A stretch of DNA of 63,789 nucleotides, filler included, from Octopus bimaculoides (GCF_001194135.2; 5 parts of 5 records of this genome joined end to end with filler, not necessarily neighbours in it); one strand, 5' to 3'; positions 25,575 through 38,147 are shown, counted from the first letter of the whole stretch. The notes: generated from the sequence alone by a model not told the origin. A program made the numbers and translations.

Positions 25575-26420
25575 CGCCTATTGGTTCCATCTCCCTCTCA
25601 TTCTTTTTAAACATGAAACTTCAAATCGCACAGCCATACGAGGTTTAGTAATATCCTCCACACTCACCAACGTTCTTCCTCTTGTAAATCAACGGTATGC
25701 TTGCTGCCACCTCTAATAACGCTCATTCCTAAATAGATAAATCCTCAATCCTACTTCACCTTTTTCACGCAGATGTATGTCATCTATATGCAATTTAATG
25801 AGCCAACGAGGGAACCCAACATGATTACACAACCTCCTAGAAATACTAACCAAATCCCATCTTAACGTCCAAGAAAAAATACCTTTGATAACTTGGTCCT
25901 GGTTTTAATGTGCTCAGGAAAAAAAAACAACGAGATTACAATGGATGGAATGTTTTTGATTATAGGATGACCCTACGCTAAACATCAATAACAACATATA
26001 TTCTTAACACTAAGGACTGCCCCCTTGGTCAGATACTAGGAAAATATCATCCAGTGGGGTTATGGCAAAGACTTACCCACTAACACGAAATCTCTGGTTT
26101 AGAGACGAACTGCCTTCTCATTCTAACCTTTGTAGCGATACTCTCACAGCCCCCCCCCCCATCATCTGAACTAACTAGTTGTATACTATCTCCGCGTACT
26201 TACTTCCAAGATCATTCGGAACATGCGCCCCTCCACCTCGTTTATGACTTCTAACTCTTACTGTAGCTCCCCACAGAGACCTTGCACTAGCCCTTTCTCT
26301 TAATTCTTCCTCCTTAGAACGTCAACCCTCTGGAATTCTTGTCCTGTCTGCGTTTTACCTTAAGAAGTCCAATTAGAACCTTAATTGACTCAATATTACC
26401 AATATCGGAGGAGACTACCT
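25575..26420 (+). mobile_element. Old CR1/Jockey-group LINE 3' remnant, interrupted by a short SINE-like piece at about 25925-26000
   Basis: FFLLRTSTLWNSCPVCV from 26304 matches SFFPRT..LWN.LP. Upstream RYSH...SSELT matches YRY..G.CS.EL. Confidence 0.55.
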
Positions 26421-27677
26421 TTTTTCTTTTGATCAAACCATAAATAAATGTAATGGTTCACTAAATAATGCAATAACTTTTTTCGTTCAAGTGTTATTCA
26501 ATGTTTCGCTTACGAGTATACAATAATACCAGAATATGTCTCAAGTTAATTCCCATATTTACCGAAATAGTTGAAACCATTTTATTCAATGGATAATAAA
26601 TGTCTTTTCTTCGCCGCATAATTAACCTACTGAAGCTCTTTGTGTTAAATATGTTCCACATTAATTTACCTACGCAGTAATTCTGTATAAACCCATTATC
26701 AGTATTGCTAGCTAGCTTAACTTAATTAATCTGACAGATATTCAATAGAGGACTTGATCAACTTGCAGTTTAAACACGCTTAGAACTCACATTAGGTTAA
26801 GTTAACTAAGATCACCAGGCTATAAACACTCGGACTTACAGCAAAATTGTATTTAGAATTAGGAGACATCGACGTTGATTCCGGCTTAGATGTTTTAGAT
26901 TCTCGAAAGGACATAAGAGTGGACATGGTTTTGTCAATTTAAAATTACTTTATCTTTCAAGATTTATTTGATTCTTTTCTAGACTGCTGATATTGCTTAT
27001 ATCAGCAAATATTTCTTTTTATGTTTGCTTTGAGAAGTCATTTAATTCCCTTCCTTCTAGCATCAAAATATTTTTCTTTGTCTCGCTCTTGTTTCCCCAC
27101 TAGTCACGTTGCGCTTACAGTCCATTTATAAAAATAGGAGACGGATTGTCAATTTGTTTTATTATCAGTGAGGCGTTTTAGTAACTGGACACATACTTAA
27201 CATTCAGAAACGTTATACGTCTTTCCTAATTCTCTTTACAAACTGTCTTCATAATTTGAAGCGTCGGTTGTCCAAGTTGATCCCTTAATCAACCCTGATC
27301 GAATAGTTATATGATCAGAAGCACTCCAGCCACGATATTGTATATATTGCTTAATGTGGGCTTTTTAAAAAAGATGCTAGAGGCGTAAATTGATAGATAT
27401 TTGTCAGATTTTCAAGTCGAGCAAGCGAATCTTCCGCATTGTCTAAGTGCCGTTGTATTTAACAACCTTCATAACACGGAGTACACTTCGATGACGATGT
27501 AGTAACCGTAATTTAATATATTATTGTTGTAACAATTGTTCTTTTAGCTGCTAATGATGTTGCTGATTATGATAGTGATATGGTGATGTTATTATCACTA
27601 CTACTTCACTCGTAATTTCTTTAGTTTTTTACTGTCTTGTTATTATTGCTGCTACTGACTGTTGCTGTTGTACTTAC

Positions 27678-27799
27678 TTTTTCTCTACTTCAGAGAATAT
27701 TAGTTTTGATACTATTCCGCGTTGTAATGCTGTAATGTTATTGCTGTTTAGAACAGGCACACAATCAGAGCCGCGCGTTATCCTTCTGTCCCCATCCAT
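27678..27799 (-). CDS. Weak candidate coding exon of unknown product (MDGDRRITRG...SEVEK)
   Basis: Unique CpG-containing sequence. A 40-codon open frame from an ATG runs into AA|GTAAGT at 27677-27672. No homology recognised. Confidence 0.2.
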
Positions 27800-28284
27800 T
27801 TGACCTCCTTTCACAACCGAGAAGTTTACGTCACGTAACGTTGTCTGCTCTACGAACGCTGCAGTTTGCACTTTTTGCTACATCACTTGTAAAAGTGTAA
27901 CTTTTGCTGCTGATTCCTTTCTTAGTAAATAAGCAAAGGAAGAATGTCCTCTTCACTTCTCCCATCTAATTTTGAAAAGGAAAAAAAAAAACTTACGGAG
28001 ACCAACGACCTCGCGCCCTTTAGATATATAATTCAAAATTGACAGTCTCCAAAACATTTAGTGAGCAACCAAAAGTTAATTATTAAATTAATAAAAAAAA
28101 AACTCGAAGTTTTGAGAGATATACTTGTATTAGAAGTCGTAGGTGTTGGAGCTTGAATGTTTAATACTTCCAACTAGTGAAAATTTTTTTTATGAAGAAA
28201 AACAAGAAAAAAAAAAAAGTGCTGTAACCATTGAGAAATCTGGGTCTTCATTTATTTCTGGTGGCTCATTTACGTTCCAGATGG

Positions 28285-28410
28285 TAAGATCGATAGGATG
28301 CCGGATAGATTCTGTTGCAGCAATCGTTCTGGTTCTTTGCGCTCTGAGTTCAAATACCGGCTTTGTCAACTTTCCCTTCCGTCCTTTCAGGGTGCGTGCA
28401 ATGATCGATT
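28285..28410 (+). mobile_element. SINE family A, partial
   Basis: ctctgagttcaaataccggctttgtcaactttcccttccgtcctttcaggg. Confidence 0.7.
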
Positions 28411-28824
28411 CTTTTCTCTCTCTCACTCACTCTCTCTCACTCACTCTCTCTCACTCACTCTCTCTCTCTCTCTCTCTCTCTTCCTCTCTCTCACTCACTT
28501 TCCCTCTTTCTCTATCTCTTGTACGCGCGCTCGCTCTTTCTGGAGGAAATCGGTTGTGATCAGACCTGAGAGGTTTGGGCTCCATCAGACCTAAAAATGA
28601 CACCCCTTGTACTCCCTCAGGAGTTGGGGCCGAAGACAAGAAGAGGTATTTGTTTGATTGTAGATAACGCTGAACTGACTTTTAGTCTAAACAGTTCACA
28701 TTGAATAAATCCAAGTTTCTGACATCCGAATAAGTTGTGGATTTTTTTGATTTTGGTCCTCGTGAGTTTCAAAAACTTGCTGAAATTCTTGTTGAATAGG
28801 AATTATGAACAGTTAATATCGGTT

Positions 28825-28995
28825 TCAAATTTTGGCACAAAGCCAGCAATTTCAGGAATGGTGTCAGTCGATTAGATCGATCCCAGTGCTCAAGTGGTGC
28901 TTATTTTATCAACCTCCGAAAGGATGAAAAGTGGAATTTGAACATCGAACGTTGAAGACGGACGAAATGTTGTTAAACATTTTGCCTGGAGTAGT
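28825..28995 (-). mobile_element. SINE family A, diverged
   Basis: ggtttcaaattttggcacaaagccagc...gaaaggatgaaaagtggaatttgaac...gacggacgaaatg. Confidence 0.8.
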
Positions 28996-29029
28996 AATAA
29001 TAATTATCATTGTTTCAAGTGTTTGCCAT

Positions 29030-31957
29030 AAGGGCAGCTTGGTGGAGGGGATTAAGTAACTGACAGATGTCACATTGCAGTGATCTAGCCTCTGAAAACG
29101 GGACCGAATACAGCCGCCTTGAGGACAGCCTCCAGGTAGGTCGTTCCTATCAAAAGATTTCGATTGATCCAAATGGATCAGGGCCTCACCCATGCCAAGT
29201 TCTTTACCAACCCTCACTATGATGTATCACGTGAGGTGGAGGTTGTCGTATATAGTTTTGCTGGGGATACGTAAGTCTGCGCATCACCCACCAGTCTGTC
29301 AACGACAGACTGGTACGTAATGTTAACACCTTGGCCAAAATTTTGTAATCTGTATTTAGTAGATTTACGGGCCTAAAGTTATCAACAATGTTCCCCTTGT
29401 TCAGATCCTTTCTCAGTAGCGTCACCACACCTCGACCCACAAATCCGGGTATTCTCCCATTCTGCTGCCAGTTGCTGTAGTCGTCTCTCCAAAGCTCACC
29501 AAACGAGTCTGGCATATGTATATAAAGCTCACCTCTACCACCGGGCCACCATGCGCCCCGTACAGTTCAGCAAAGTGTCGCCGAAATTCTGCACAAATAT
29601 GTTATGATTTGTGTGGCATGCTTCCGTCCAGACCCCTCAAAGACCGAATTTCAGTTTTATTACCACGTTGTGCCTTGGCTACATGGGTCCATCGAACGTC
29701 TTTCGTTCCTTCCTGCTTTAGAGCACACACCCTAGCTCTGAAAATGCAACTTATGCTGTTCCTATCTGCTGGCCTACAAAATATCCTATCTAGATAAGAT
29801 GTGGATGACCCGACACTGTCTGCCCATGTCCACACTGGAGTATCCGAGAAATCCAGTCTGAACCTGTCCGCCATCTGGAAACAACTGAGAATGTTTGCGA
29901 GGCTTACGCACTCCCCCTTTCCTATCCGCTAGCCCCACCCAATCCATAGGTGCATCTAAAATGGCGTTTCACTCGCCCACTAGCACTAAAGAGCGAGACG
30001 TCCCTAGAAAGGCCTCTAGGCGTCTGAAGAACACCGGCTGCCCTGCTCCAGTCGGTGCGTACACTACAACCAGTCTAAAAGCACTGTCTTTGTTATCATT
30101 CACGTCCAGGACCACCGACTTACCTTCCGGCTCCAGGAAGACCGACCGTATCTCGAGATCCAGGCTTTTTCTGAACAACACTGCCACCCCACCCCCACTC
30201 CCGGTCGACTAAGAGATGCAAAAATCTCAGTCACCGAAAATAGGAGCCAAGTCCCGTGTGTCTGGGATCCTGATCTCACTGACGGCTATTACATCCAGAC
30301 TTAGCCACTTGAGGTCGTTGCGCAAGCGTCCTTGCTTCCACGATGACCCCAGGCCATATACATTTATACAACCCACTTTAAGAACCACCATGCTGGCCAA
30401 GAAGTAAGGAAAGGAAAAAGGGAGTGTCACTCATCCTCCTGGTACTGTTTGTGGTCGAGTGGTTCTCCCACACTGTTTTGTTGGGTTCCCTTGAAAACTC
30501 CTTCAAAAGCCATCTGCTGGCCGTTACACTGGGAGATCCAATGTCATACGAGTACCTCCGCTTAATCCTTGTATAAGCCTCTAATGTCATTAGGCTCTCC
30601 GGTGCTCTAAAAGCGTTGGGGCTGCAGATCACCCTCTCGGTTTCAATGTTCTCGTTTTGTGCTATGAGAGTTATCAACTTTTCCTTAGACCTCCTCCCTA
30701 GCACGAAATCCCACTGCTACGCAGATGGTTGTTGTTGTAGTAACATTTTTCTTTTGTTGTGTTTTGATTCTGTTGTGGGTGTTTGTGATGGTGTTGGTGA
30801 CTGTGGAACTTGTAGTGTTGGTGTTATCATCAGTGTGTCTGCCGTTTCTTGGATTTCTCCTTTTTTTCTGTGTCTCTTTCTTGTTTTTTTTTCTTTTGCC
30901 TTTTGGGCTTCCTCTTCATCATCACTTGGATGCTGTGTCTTGTATGTTTTCTTCTGGTTCTCTTGTAGTTGTTGTTGCTCCTGCTAGTGTAGGTACCACC
31001 ACTGCTTCTGGTGCTACTCCCACTGCCACTTTCACTGTAACACCTGCCTGTTTTGTCTCCTTGTGTTCAACTTCTGTTTCTATTCCCAGCCTTTCTGTTG
31101 TTCTTCTTGTTTTTGTCGACTCATGGGTTGTGGTGCTTTTGTTTGGACATTTCTTTCTGTTCTTCTGTTCTGGTTCAGTGGACTGTGAAACTGTAAGTGG
31201 CCCGTTGAACCCCAATCGTGACACCTCAGCGTTCTGCCCTCCACGTTCACCCTTAGTTCTACTCCATTCGAGATGAAGATCAAGTCTGGGACTTTCTCTA
31301 ACTGCTCTGGTTCTACGTGGAGAAGAACTTCCAAGGTAGTCCCAAACCAATTCTCCCTCCTCGATCTTTTAACATCCAGGAGATTCTTTCCTCTGTCCGT
31401 ACAAATACAGGTGAGACTCAAGGTACCGTAATTCGTACTGACTTTCTTCTCGTGTACATTGGGACGTGGGCAATTTCCTCGGTGCGACTCAGTCTTAAAA
31501 AGGACCTCTACTCCGCTGTACTGCCTCGCTCTCGCAATGTGGTGGATATCCTGCATTATGACTTTCAAGGCTTTTCTTACCTGGTCACGTTTAGCATTTT
31601 CGGGTTTCCTTGTCTTTGTGTTCACGCATCTGTAGAGAACTGTCCGCTTGGCTGCACGTCGCTTGAAGGTGTCATTTCTGCTCTCCTTCAATTCATTTTT
31701 ATATATTTTGCTGCTTTGTTTAGTTTTTCTATTTTATTCTCCAATGAGATGTTAACCAATTCCGTAGCTGCCGCTATATTTGCAAAAGTCTCTTTCCCGC
31801 CGCCAACTCAATTTTTGTTAGATTCTTCGTGGCAGTTGCTTTCAATGTTGTTCTTGGTGCTACTACAATTTCCATGTTGTGAGGAAGACTTTACTCCTTC
31901 CTTCTTTCTGTTTTTCATCTTTCTGCTTTTCATCTTCTTTCTTCTATTTTTAACTCT

Positions 31958-31960
<3 letters not shown>
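29030..31960 (-). mobile_element. Tx1/L1-type LINE, 5' half: ORF1 + APE endonuclease + RT N-terminus, frameshifted and internally deleted
   Basis: ORF1 from an ATG near 31875 has a decayed CCHC knuckle (CHDWGSTGHLQFHS). APE motifs: LKVGCINVYGL, DVIAVSE, VVVYAP, LVLVGE, WTW, YLDRIF. RT motifs: NFRPVNLLNTDYKILAKVL, LDQSKSFDR. Confidence 0.93.
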
Positions 31961-31990
<30 letters not shown>

Positions 31991-32048
31991 CTTCTTCTTC
32001 TTCTTCTTCTTCTTCTTCTTCTTCTTCTTCTTCTTCTTCTTCTTCTTC
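31961..32048. repeat. (CTT)n microsatellite, about 29 units
   Basis: Directly visible. Confidence 0.98.
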
Positions 32049-32507
32049 CTGCTGTCTACTACNNNNNNNNNNNNNNNNNNNNNNNNNNNNNNNNNNNNNN
32101 NNNNNNNNNNNNNNNNNNNNNNNNNNNNNNNNNNNNNNNNNNNNNNNNNNNNNNNNNNNNNNNNNNNNNNNNNNNNNNNNNNNNNNNNNNNNNNNNNNNN
32201 NNNNNNNNNNNNNNNNNNNNNNNNNNNNNNNNNNNNNNNNNNNNNNNNNNNNNNNNNNNNNNNNNNNNNNNNNNNNNNNNNNNNNNNNNNNNNNNNNNNN
32301 NNNNNNNNNNNNNNNNNNNNNNNNNNNNNNNNNNNNNNNNNNNNNNNNNNNNNNNNNNNNNNNNNNNNNNNNNNNNNNNNNNNNNNNNNNNNNNNNNNNN
32401 NNNNNNNNNNNNNNNNNNNNNNNNNNNNNNNNNNNNNNNNNNNNNNNNNNNNNNNNNNNNNNNNNNNNNNNNNNNNNNNNNNNNNNNNNNNNNNNNNNNN
32501 NNNNNNN

Positions 32508-32573
<66 letters not shown>

Positions 32574-34085
32574 CTTTTCTTTATTAGTCACAAGGGCCGA
32601 CACAAAATACTGAAGGACGATGGAGTTTAGCACAAAAATTCGTGTATACAATAAAGCAAAAATTAAACAATAGAATTTCTTCAAAAGGGAAGTTCCATCC
32701 GGAATAACCAAGGAACCTCGCACATCCTTGTTGAACCCGACCGCCAAAGGCACCTCAGGTAGGCACCTCTCCTGCTCAACCCCTCCAGCTCATAAGCATA
32801 TGCTCATAGTAGGCCCATTCACACAGGCCATCCTCGCTACATTCACCCACCTTTCAACAAAATACTGGGGTAGGTGCAGAACTTCTCTCTCCACCCTCAC
32901 TTTTCGTTTGAAGTGGAATTTGAAAAACTCGATGAGGGTTTGGCCGAAGAGGAAAGTATCTGTCCTTGGACTTTTCAATCACGTCCACCACAGCACCTCC
33001 TTCGGCATAGCCTCCAGACAGTAGAAAGTTACCTTCCCTTCCCGGCCATAAGAAGGCGGTGGGGCGATTCTCACAATGAACTCAGTTGATAACCAGATCC
33101 GTCCTATACGCGTCAACAGTTCTTCGACAAAGCTCCACAAGGCAGCAATGCCCGACAGTGGACGAATGCATGCGGAATGGTTTCATCGTCCTGTTCACAT
33201 ATCATCTGACAGCGCTGTAGGGCTTGTCGCGAACCAGCAGAATTTCCCGGTAACACTGCCAGGACAGGGATTACTGGAAATTATTCATAGACCTGGGCCT
33301 GAAAGTTCCCCAGAAAGGACCATCTAAATGATCCCTCCCGATGCCCAGAGTTTCCCCGAGAACGCCGTTGCTCTTGCCCGCCACTAATCCCCTACAGAAC
33401 TCCAATGTGGAACTTCCACCGACCACATTGCTCGACTGACAGAGGGCTGTGAGCTTTTGGTGACACTCCAGGCGCCAAGCGCCCTTTCCCGGTCAACGCT
33501 TAATCCAGTATTGTAACTCTGTCAAGGAGACGAGCTGCAGAAAATCTTGTCTGACAAACAGTGACTACACCTGCTCACTGTCAAGGAAGAGTTGGAGATG
33601 CCGCAATTTCAACACATCGTTTGCTACGGCGTGTCCAGTCCTTAACTCACCGGTTGCTGATAGTAGATGCAGCGTCTGACAAGTGGAATGCGTCCCTTCC
33701 ACAGGAAGCGGAAGAGCAAGTACTCCAGCTTGATCAGCCATGATGCAGGGCGAGGGACGACGGTCAAGCGGTAGTAGATGACGGAAGCGATGTGCGCATT
33801 TGTCCCATCCACCCAACCTTCCAGAGACAGCTTCCTCCCTGCCCCTTTCTGCGTGAGACAGGCTATCCTACTCGTCACTTCCCCAGTTTTTGTTCACCTA
33901 GAGATCTGAACCACACCAGACCCCGAGCAATTTATCCGGACCACCCGTCTAGCACCATACGACGCCGTTGGACAGTATGGACCTGACGCTCCAGGTGCCG
34001 AGCTGCAGGCTACTGTGCCGTATCGTGCTGTATTCTCCTCCACTCACCAACGACAGATGTTTGGCACCAGATTGGTCAGAGGTAT
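32508..34085 (-). mobile_element. Tx1/L1-type LINE, 3' half: late RT, C-terminal domain, 3' UTR, AATAAA and (ATT)n tail
   Basis: SLQLGTW, KLLGVW, RKLSLEG...IASVIYYRLTVVP...LFRFLWKG..PLVRR, and a zf-RVT-like DETIPHAFVHC. AATAAA at 32585-32580, then the tail at 32573-32508. Confidence 0.9.
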
Positions 34086-34755
34086 TTTTCTCTTTGCTGT
34101 TGTGTCACTTGTTCTATTTTCTTGTTTTTTTATTCATAAGTTATAGTTTTCAGATTTTTTTTAATCCGGGATGTTTAATTCTATGTTTTATCCAGACCTG
34201 AGGAGGTCTGGATGTTTTAATACTTGAGACATTAATTTAATTACTTTCTCCAGTTGTTTGCGAACCCAGTAACTTTGAAGTTTTTAATCGCGCTAGCTTC
34301 ATTTTCATTTGTGTTGCTATTTATAGTAGTGGTGATGGCAGAGGTGGAATTTTCAGGTGTGTTGAATTGACAATTTGGCTTTTCTTTCTTTCTTTTTGTT
34401 GTTGTCATGCTTATTGTTGTAGTTTTTGGTTTCAATTGACACAGATGGTGACATTGGTGGTTGGGGTAGTGTTGTATTTACAATTTTTTTTTTTTTTCCA
34501 ATTGTATTGTTTTCCAATTGTATTGTTTTCTTAACAGGTAGTGGTCGAAAATTGGTAACATATTGACTGTTGGAACGGCTGCTCCCTGGATTTTCGATGC
34601 CATATTGGATTTCTTTCTTTTTTTTTTTTCTTTTTTTAGAAAAATATGTAATTTTACTCTCAAAAACTTCAAAGTTCGCCCTTTCGGAGGCAAAAATTTC
34701 AGAAAAGTATCTCACTTCAAAGAATGCTACTTGACTTTACAAGATGATATCACAA

Positions 34756-34842
34756 CCAGTCTGGGGCCCAAGACACCTGCCGCTGGTAGGTGGAGATGAA
34801 TACGGCATGATACGGCACAATAGCCTGCAGCTAAGCACATGG
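34756..34842 (+). repeat. Inverted, roughly 80% identical copy of the Tx1 segment at 33992-34077
   Basis: By-eye alignment: accagtctggggcccaagacacctgccgctggt...tacggcacaatagcctgcagctaagcacatgg versus the reverse complement of 33992-34077. Confidence 0.85.
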
Positions 34843-34914
34843 TATAAAACAACAAAATTTAGTAACAATCTGCAAGCTCCTAGTTGACATCTTTGTCTTG
34901 CAGACAACATTAAT

Positions 34915-35572
34915 AATAATAGTTTCAAATTTTGGCACAGGACCAGCAATTTCGGGGGAGGAGGTAAGTCGATTACATCGGCCCTAATTGTCAACTGGTA
35001 CTTTTTTATTGACCCTGAAAGGATGAAATGCAAAGTTGACTTGATAGAATTCGAGCTCACAGCATAAAGACGAAAGAAATGTTAAGTGTTTTGCCCGGCC
35101 TGCTAACGGTTCTGTCAGCTCGCTATCTTAATAATAATCATAAATGTTTCTGCTATAGGCACTAAGCTTGAAATTTTAGGGAGGGTCTAGTCGATTTCAT
35201 TGACCTCAATACTTGACTAGTACTTATTTTATCGACCCTGGATAGATGAAAGGCAGTCGACCCCGGTGGAATTTGAACATAGAACGTAAACACGGACGAA
35301 ATGTCGTTAAACATTTTGCTCAAAGTGCTAACGATTCTGTCAGTTCGTGACCTTAAATGGTTTCAAATTATGGCACATGGCCAGCAATTTCGAGAAGTGG
35401 GTAAATAGATAACATTGACCCCAGTGTCCAACTGGTACTTATTTTATCGACCACGAAATGATGAAAGGCAAAGTCGACCTCGGCGGAATTCGAACGTCAG
35501 AACGTAAAGACTGATGAAATACCGCTAAGCATTTTGCTCGGCGTGCTAACAATTCTGCCAGCTCACCACCTT
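34915..35572 (-). mobile_element. Three head-to-tail SINE family A copies
   Basis: Copies at about 34915-35130, 35140-35350 and 35358-35572, each with tttatcgacc...gaaaggcaaagtcgac...gctaac...cagctc. Confidence 0.9.
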
Positions 35573-36736
35573 AAATAATGTTAATTTTTTGAAACAAAGA
35601 AATAAAGTGATATTGAAATTAGATTGAACATTTTCCGAAATTGCGTCATGTTATACAATGACGGCTCGAAAATTCTATTTTTCTTAGCAATTATTTAATA
35701 TGTAACATCTGCAGTGGTATTAACTGAATGAAATTTGGAATTCTTCTGGCTGGCTGACCAGAATGTTTATAAACGCTCTAAATCACACGACGTTAAATGA
35801 AAGAGTAAATCCTTTCATCACATTTTGTCTCGATAATTGACATACTTCTTTAAATGTAAAATGTATTCATACAAAGAAAAAAAAGGAACATTGAAAGAAA
35901 ATGATAATGTGACAAAGATGAAGTAATTTCCCTTCAATTTTTGCGTACATGAAAAGAAATGGTTTCAATCATAAAATAGAATCATGTGTCGGAGTTGACC
36001 TGCTACGAGCGTGTTTACCCGCTATGACCACTGGTATCATTTGCAAACTTTCTTTATAACAAGAAATTTATACTATATTTCAGGTATACTTTATATATAT
36101 ATATATATNNNNNNNNNNNNNNNNNNNNNNNNNNNNNNNNNNNNNNNNNNNNTTAATTAATTAANNNNNNNNNNNNNNNNNNNNNNNNNNNNNNNNNNNN
36201 NNNNNNNNATGTATATACACACATATACATATACATGTAGATTTTGGTGAATATATGTACATATGCATATGTATATTTTCATACGTACAAACTGATATGT
36301 GTGCATGAACATATGGAGAAGTTCATATATACAAAGGTACGTGCGTATGTGTGTGTTTGTTTGTTTGTAAATTTATTGACACACACATACTCACATACAC
36401 ACTATCACACACGCTCACATATACGTGTGTATGTACACACACACACACAAACATACACACACACATATATATAAGACATAAATAGAAATACGTAAATAAC
36501 CTAAATAGTATGTCATATGGAAATATGGATTATTGCTATTGAGACGTAAGGATAAAGAGTTAGATGTAAAAATGAATGATTATTTTTTTTTTGTTTTTTT
36601 ACCAGACTAATGTGTTTTTTTTCCTTCTCTACTATATTTTTCGCATTGTTAGGCACGGCACTAAAGAGATAGATTAAATGTTAGATATTCACCAGCTATA
36701 AAATCTTCTCTGATGGAGATAACCAAATAAGATTGA

Positions 36737-36787
<51 letters not shown>

Positions 36788-38069
36788 TGTGTGTGCGTGT
36801 ATGTGTGTGTGTGTATATACATTAATATATATNNNNNNNNNNNNNNNNNNNNNNNNNNNNNNNNNNNNNNNNNNNNNNNNNNNNNNNNNNNNNNNNNNNN
36901 NNNNNNNNNNNNNNNNNNNNNNNNNNNNNNNNNNNNNNNNNNNNNNNNNNNNNNNNNNNNNNNNNNNNNNNNNNNNNNNNNNNNNNNNNNNNNNNNNNNN
37001 NNNNNNNNNNNNNNNNNNNNNNNNNNNNNNNNNNNNNNNNNNNNNNNNNNNNNNNNNNNNNNNNNNNNNNNNNNNNNNNNNNNNNNNNNNNNNNNNNNNN
37101 NNNNNNNNNNNNNNNNNNNNNNNNNNNNNNNNNNNNNNNNNNNNNNNNNNNNNNNNNNNNNNNNNNNNNNNNNNNNNNNNNNNNNNNNNNNNNNNNNNNN
37201 NNNNNNNNNNNNNNNNNNNNNNNNNNNNNNNNNNNNNNNNNNNNNNNNNNNNNNNNNNNNNNNNNNNNNNNNNNNNNNNNNNNNNNNNNNNNNNNNNNNN
37301 NNNNNNNNNNNNNNNNNNNNNNNNNNNNNNNNNNNNNNNNNNNNNNNNNNNNNNNNNNNNNNNNNNNNNNNNNNNNNNNNNNNNNNNNNNNNNNNNNNNN
37401 NNNNNNNNNNNNNNNNNNNNNNNNNNNNNNNNNNNNNNNNNNNNNNNNNNNNNNNNNNNNNNNNNNNNNATATATATATATATATATATATACATATATT
37501 TATATATGGGTATGTATTTAAATATATACGCATAAATCAATTTATGTGCATGTCTCTCTCTAAGATATATGTATGTGTACATTATATACATATAATGTAC
37601 ACATATATATATAGATATATATACAAACACACATATATATATGTTCATATAAGCATATACATATATAAATACACGCACAAGTGTATGTAGGTACCTTCGT
37701 ATATATTCATATAAATTCGGATTTATTAATTGTTAGTCGTATATACAGACTTAGCGACAAACAGAAACGTTGTATATGCATCAAAGCAACAATGAATTCA
37801 ACTAATATTTTTATACATTATTAGTCATATATTTTTTATGCAATCCAGCAAGTATTAATAGAAACACACATTAAAATGAAGCATTGATTTATATGTATAG
37901 ATTCCAAAGAAAGTCTGTGTATATTCATTGTAATTGTATGTTTAATAAAATTTACTTAATTAGATCAGTGAATAACATTACAGAGGTTACTATTGCGGTA
38001 CGTGAACCATACTGTTTTTTGAGAAAGGATGAAATATTATACGCATGCATACCCAACTACTCATGCTCC

Positions 38070-38147
38070 CACAGTTTCATTGTTTGAATGTGCCTATGTA
38101 TGTAGGCGCCCGGTAATGTGTATAGGCATATTGGGAATGCGAATGTG
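38070..38147 (+). ncRNA. Pre-miRNA-like hairpin (candidate only)
   Basis: Contiguous 17-bp stem 38087-38103/38116-38132 (5 G.U), 12-nt loop, and lower stems 38078-38081/38136-38139 and 38070-38077/38141-38147. No known mature miRNA recognised. Confidence 0.25.

Noticed and set aside
27674-27871. TLRDVNFSVVKGG resembling an ABC ATPase N-terminus
   Set aside because: No Walker A motif follows; the similarity is too short.
37891-37924. 13-bp hairpin just upstream of the miRNA-like candidate
   Set aside because: Mostly TA/TG low-complexity pairing, with no regular lower stem.
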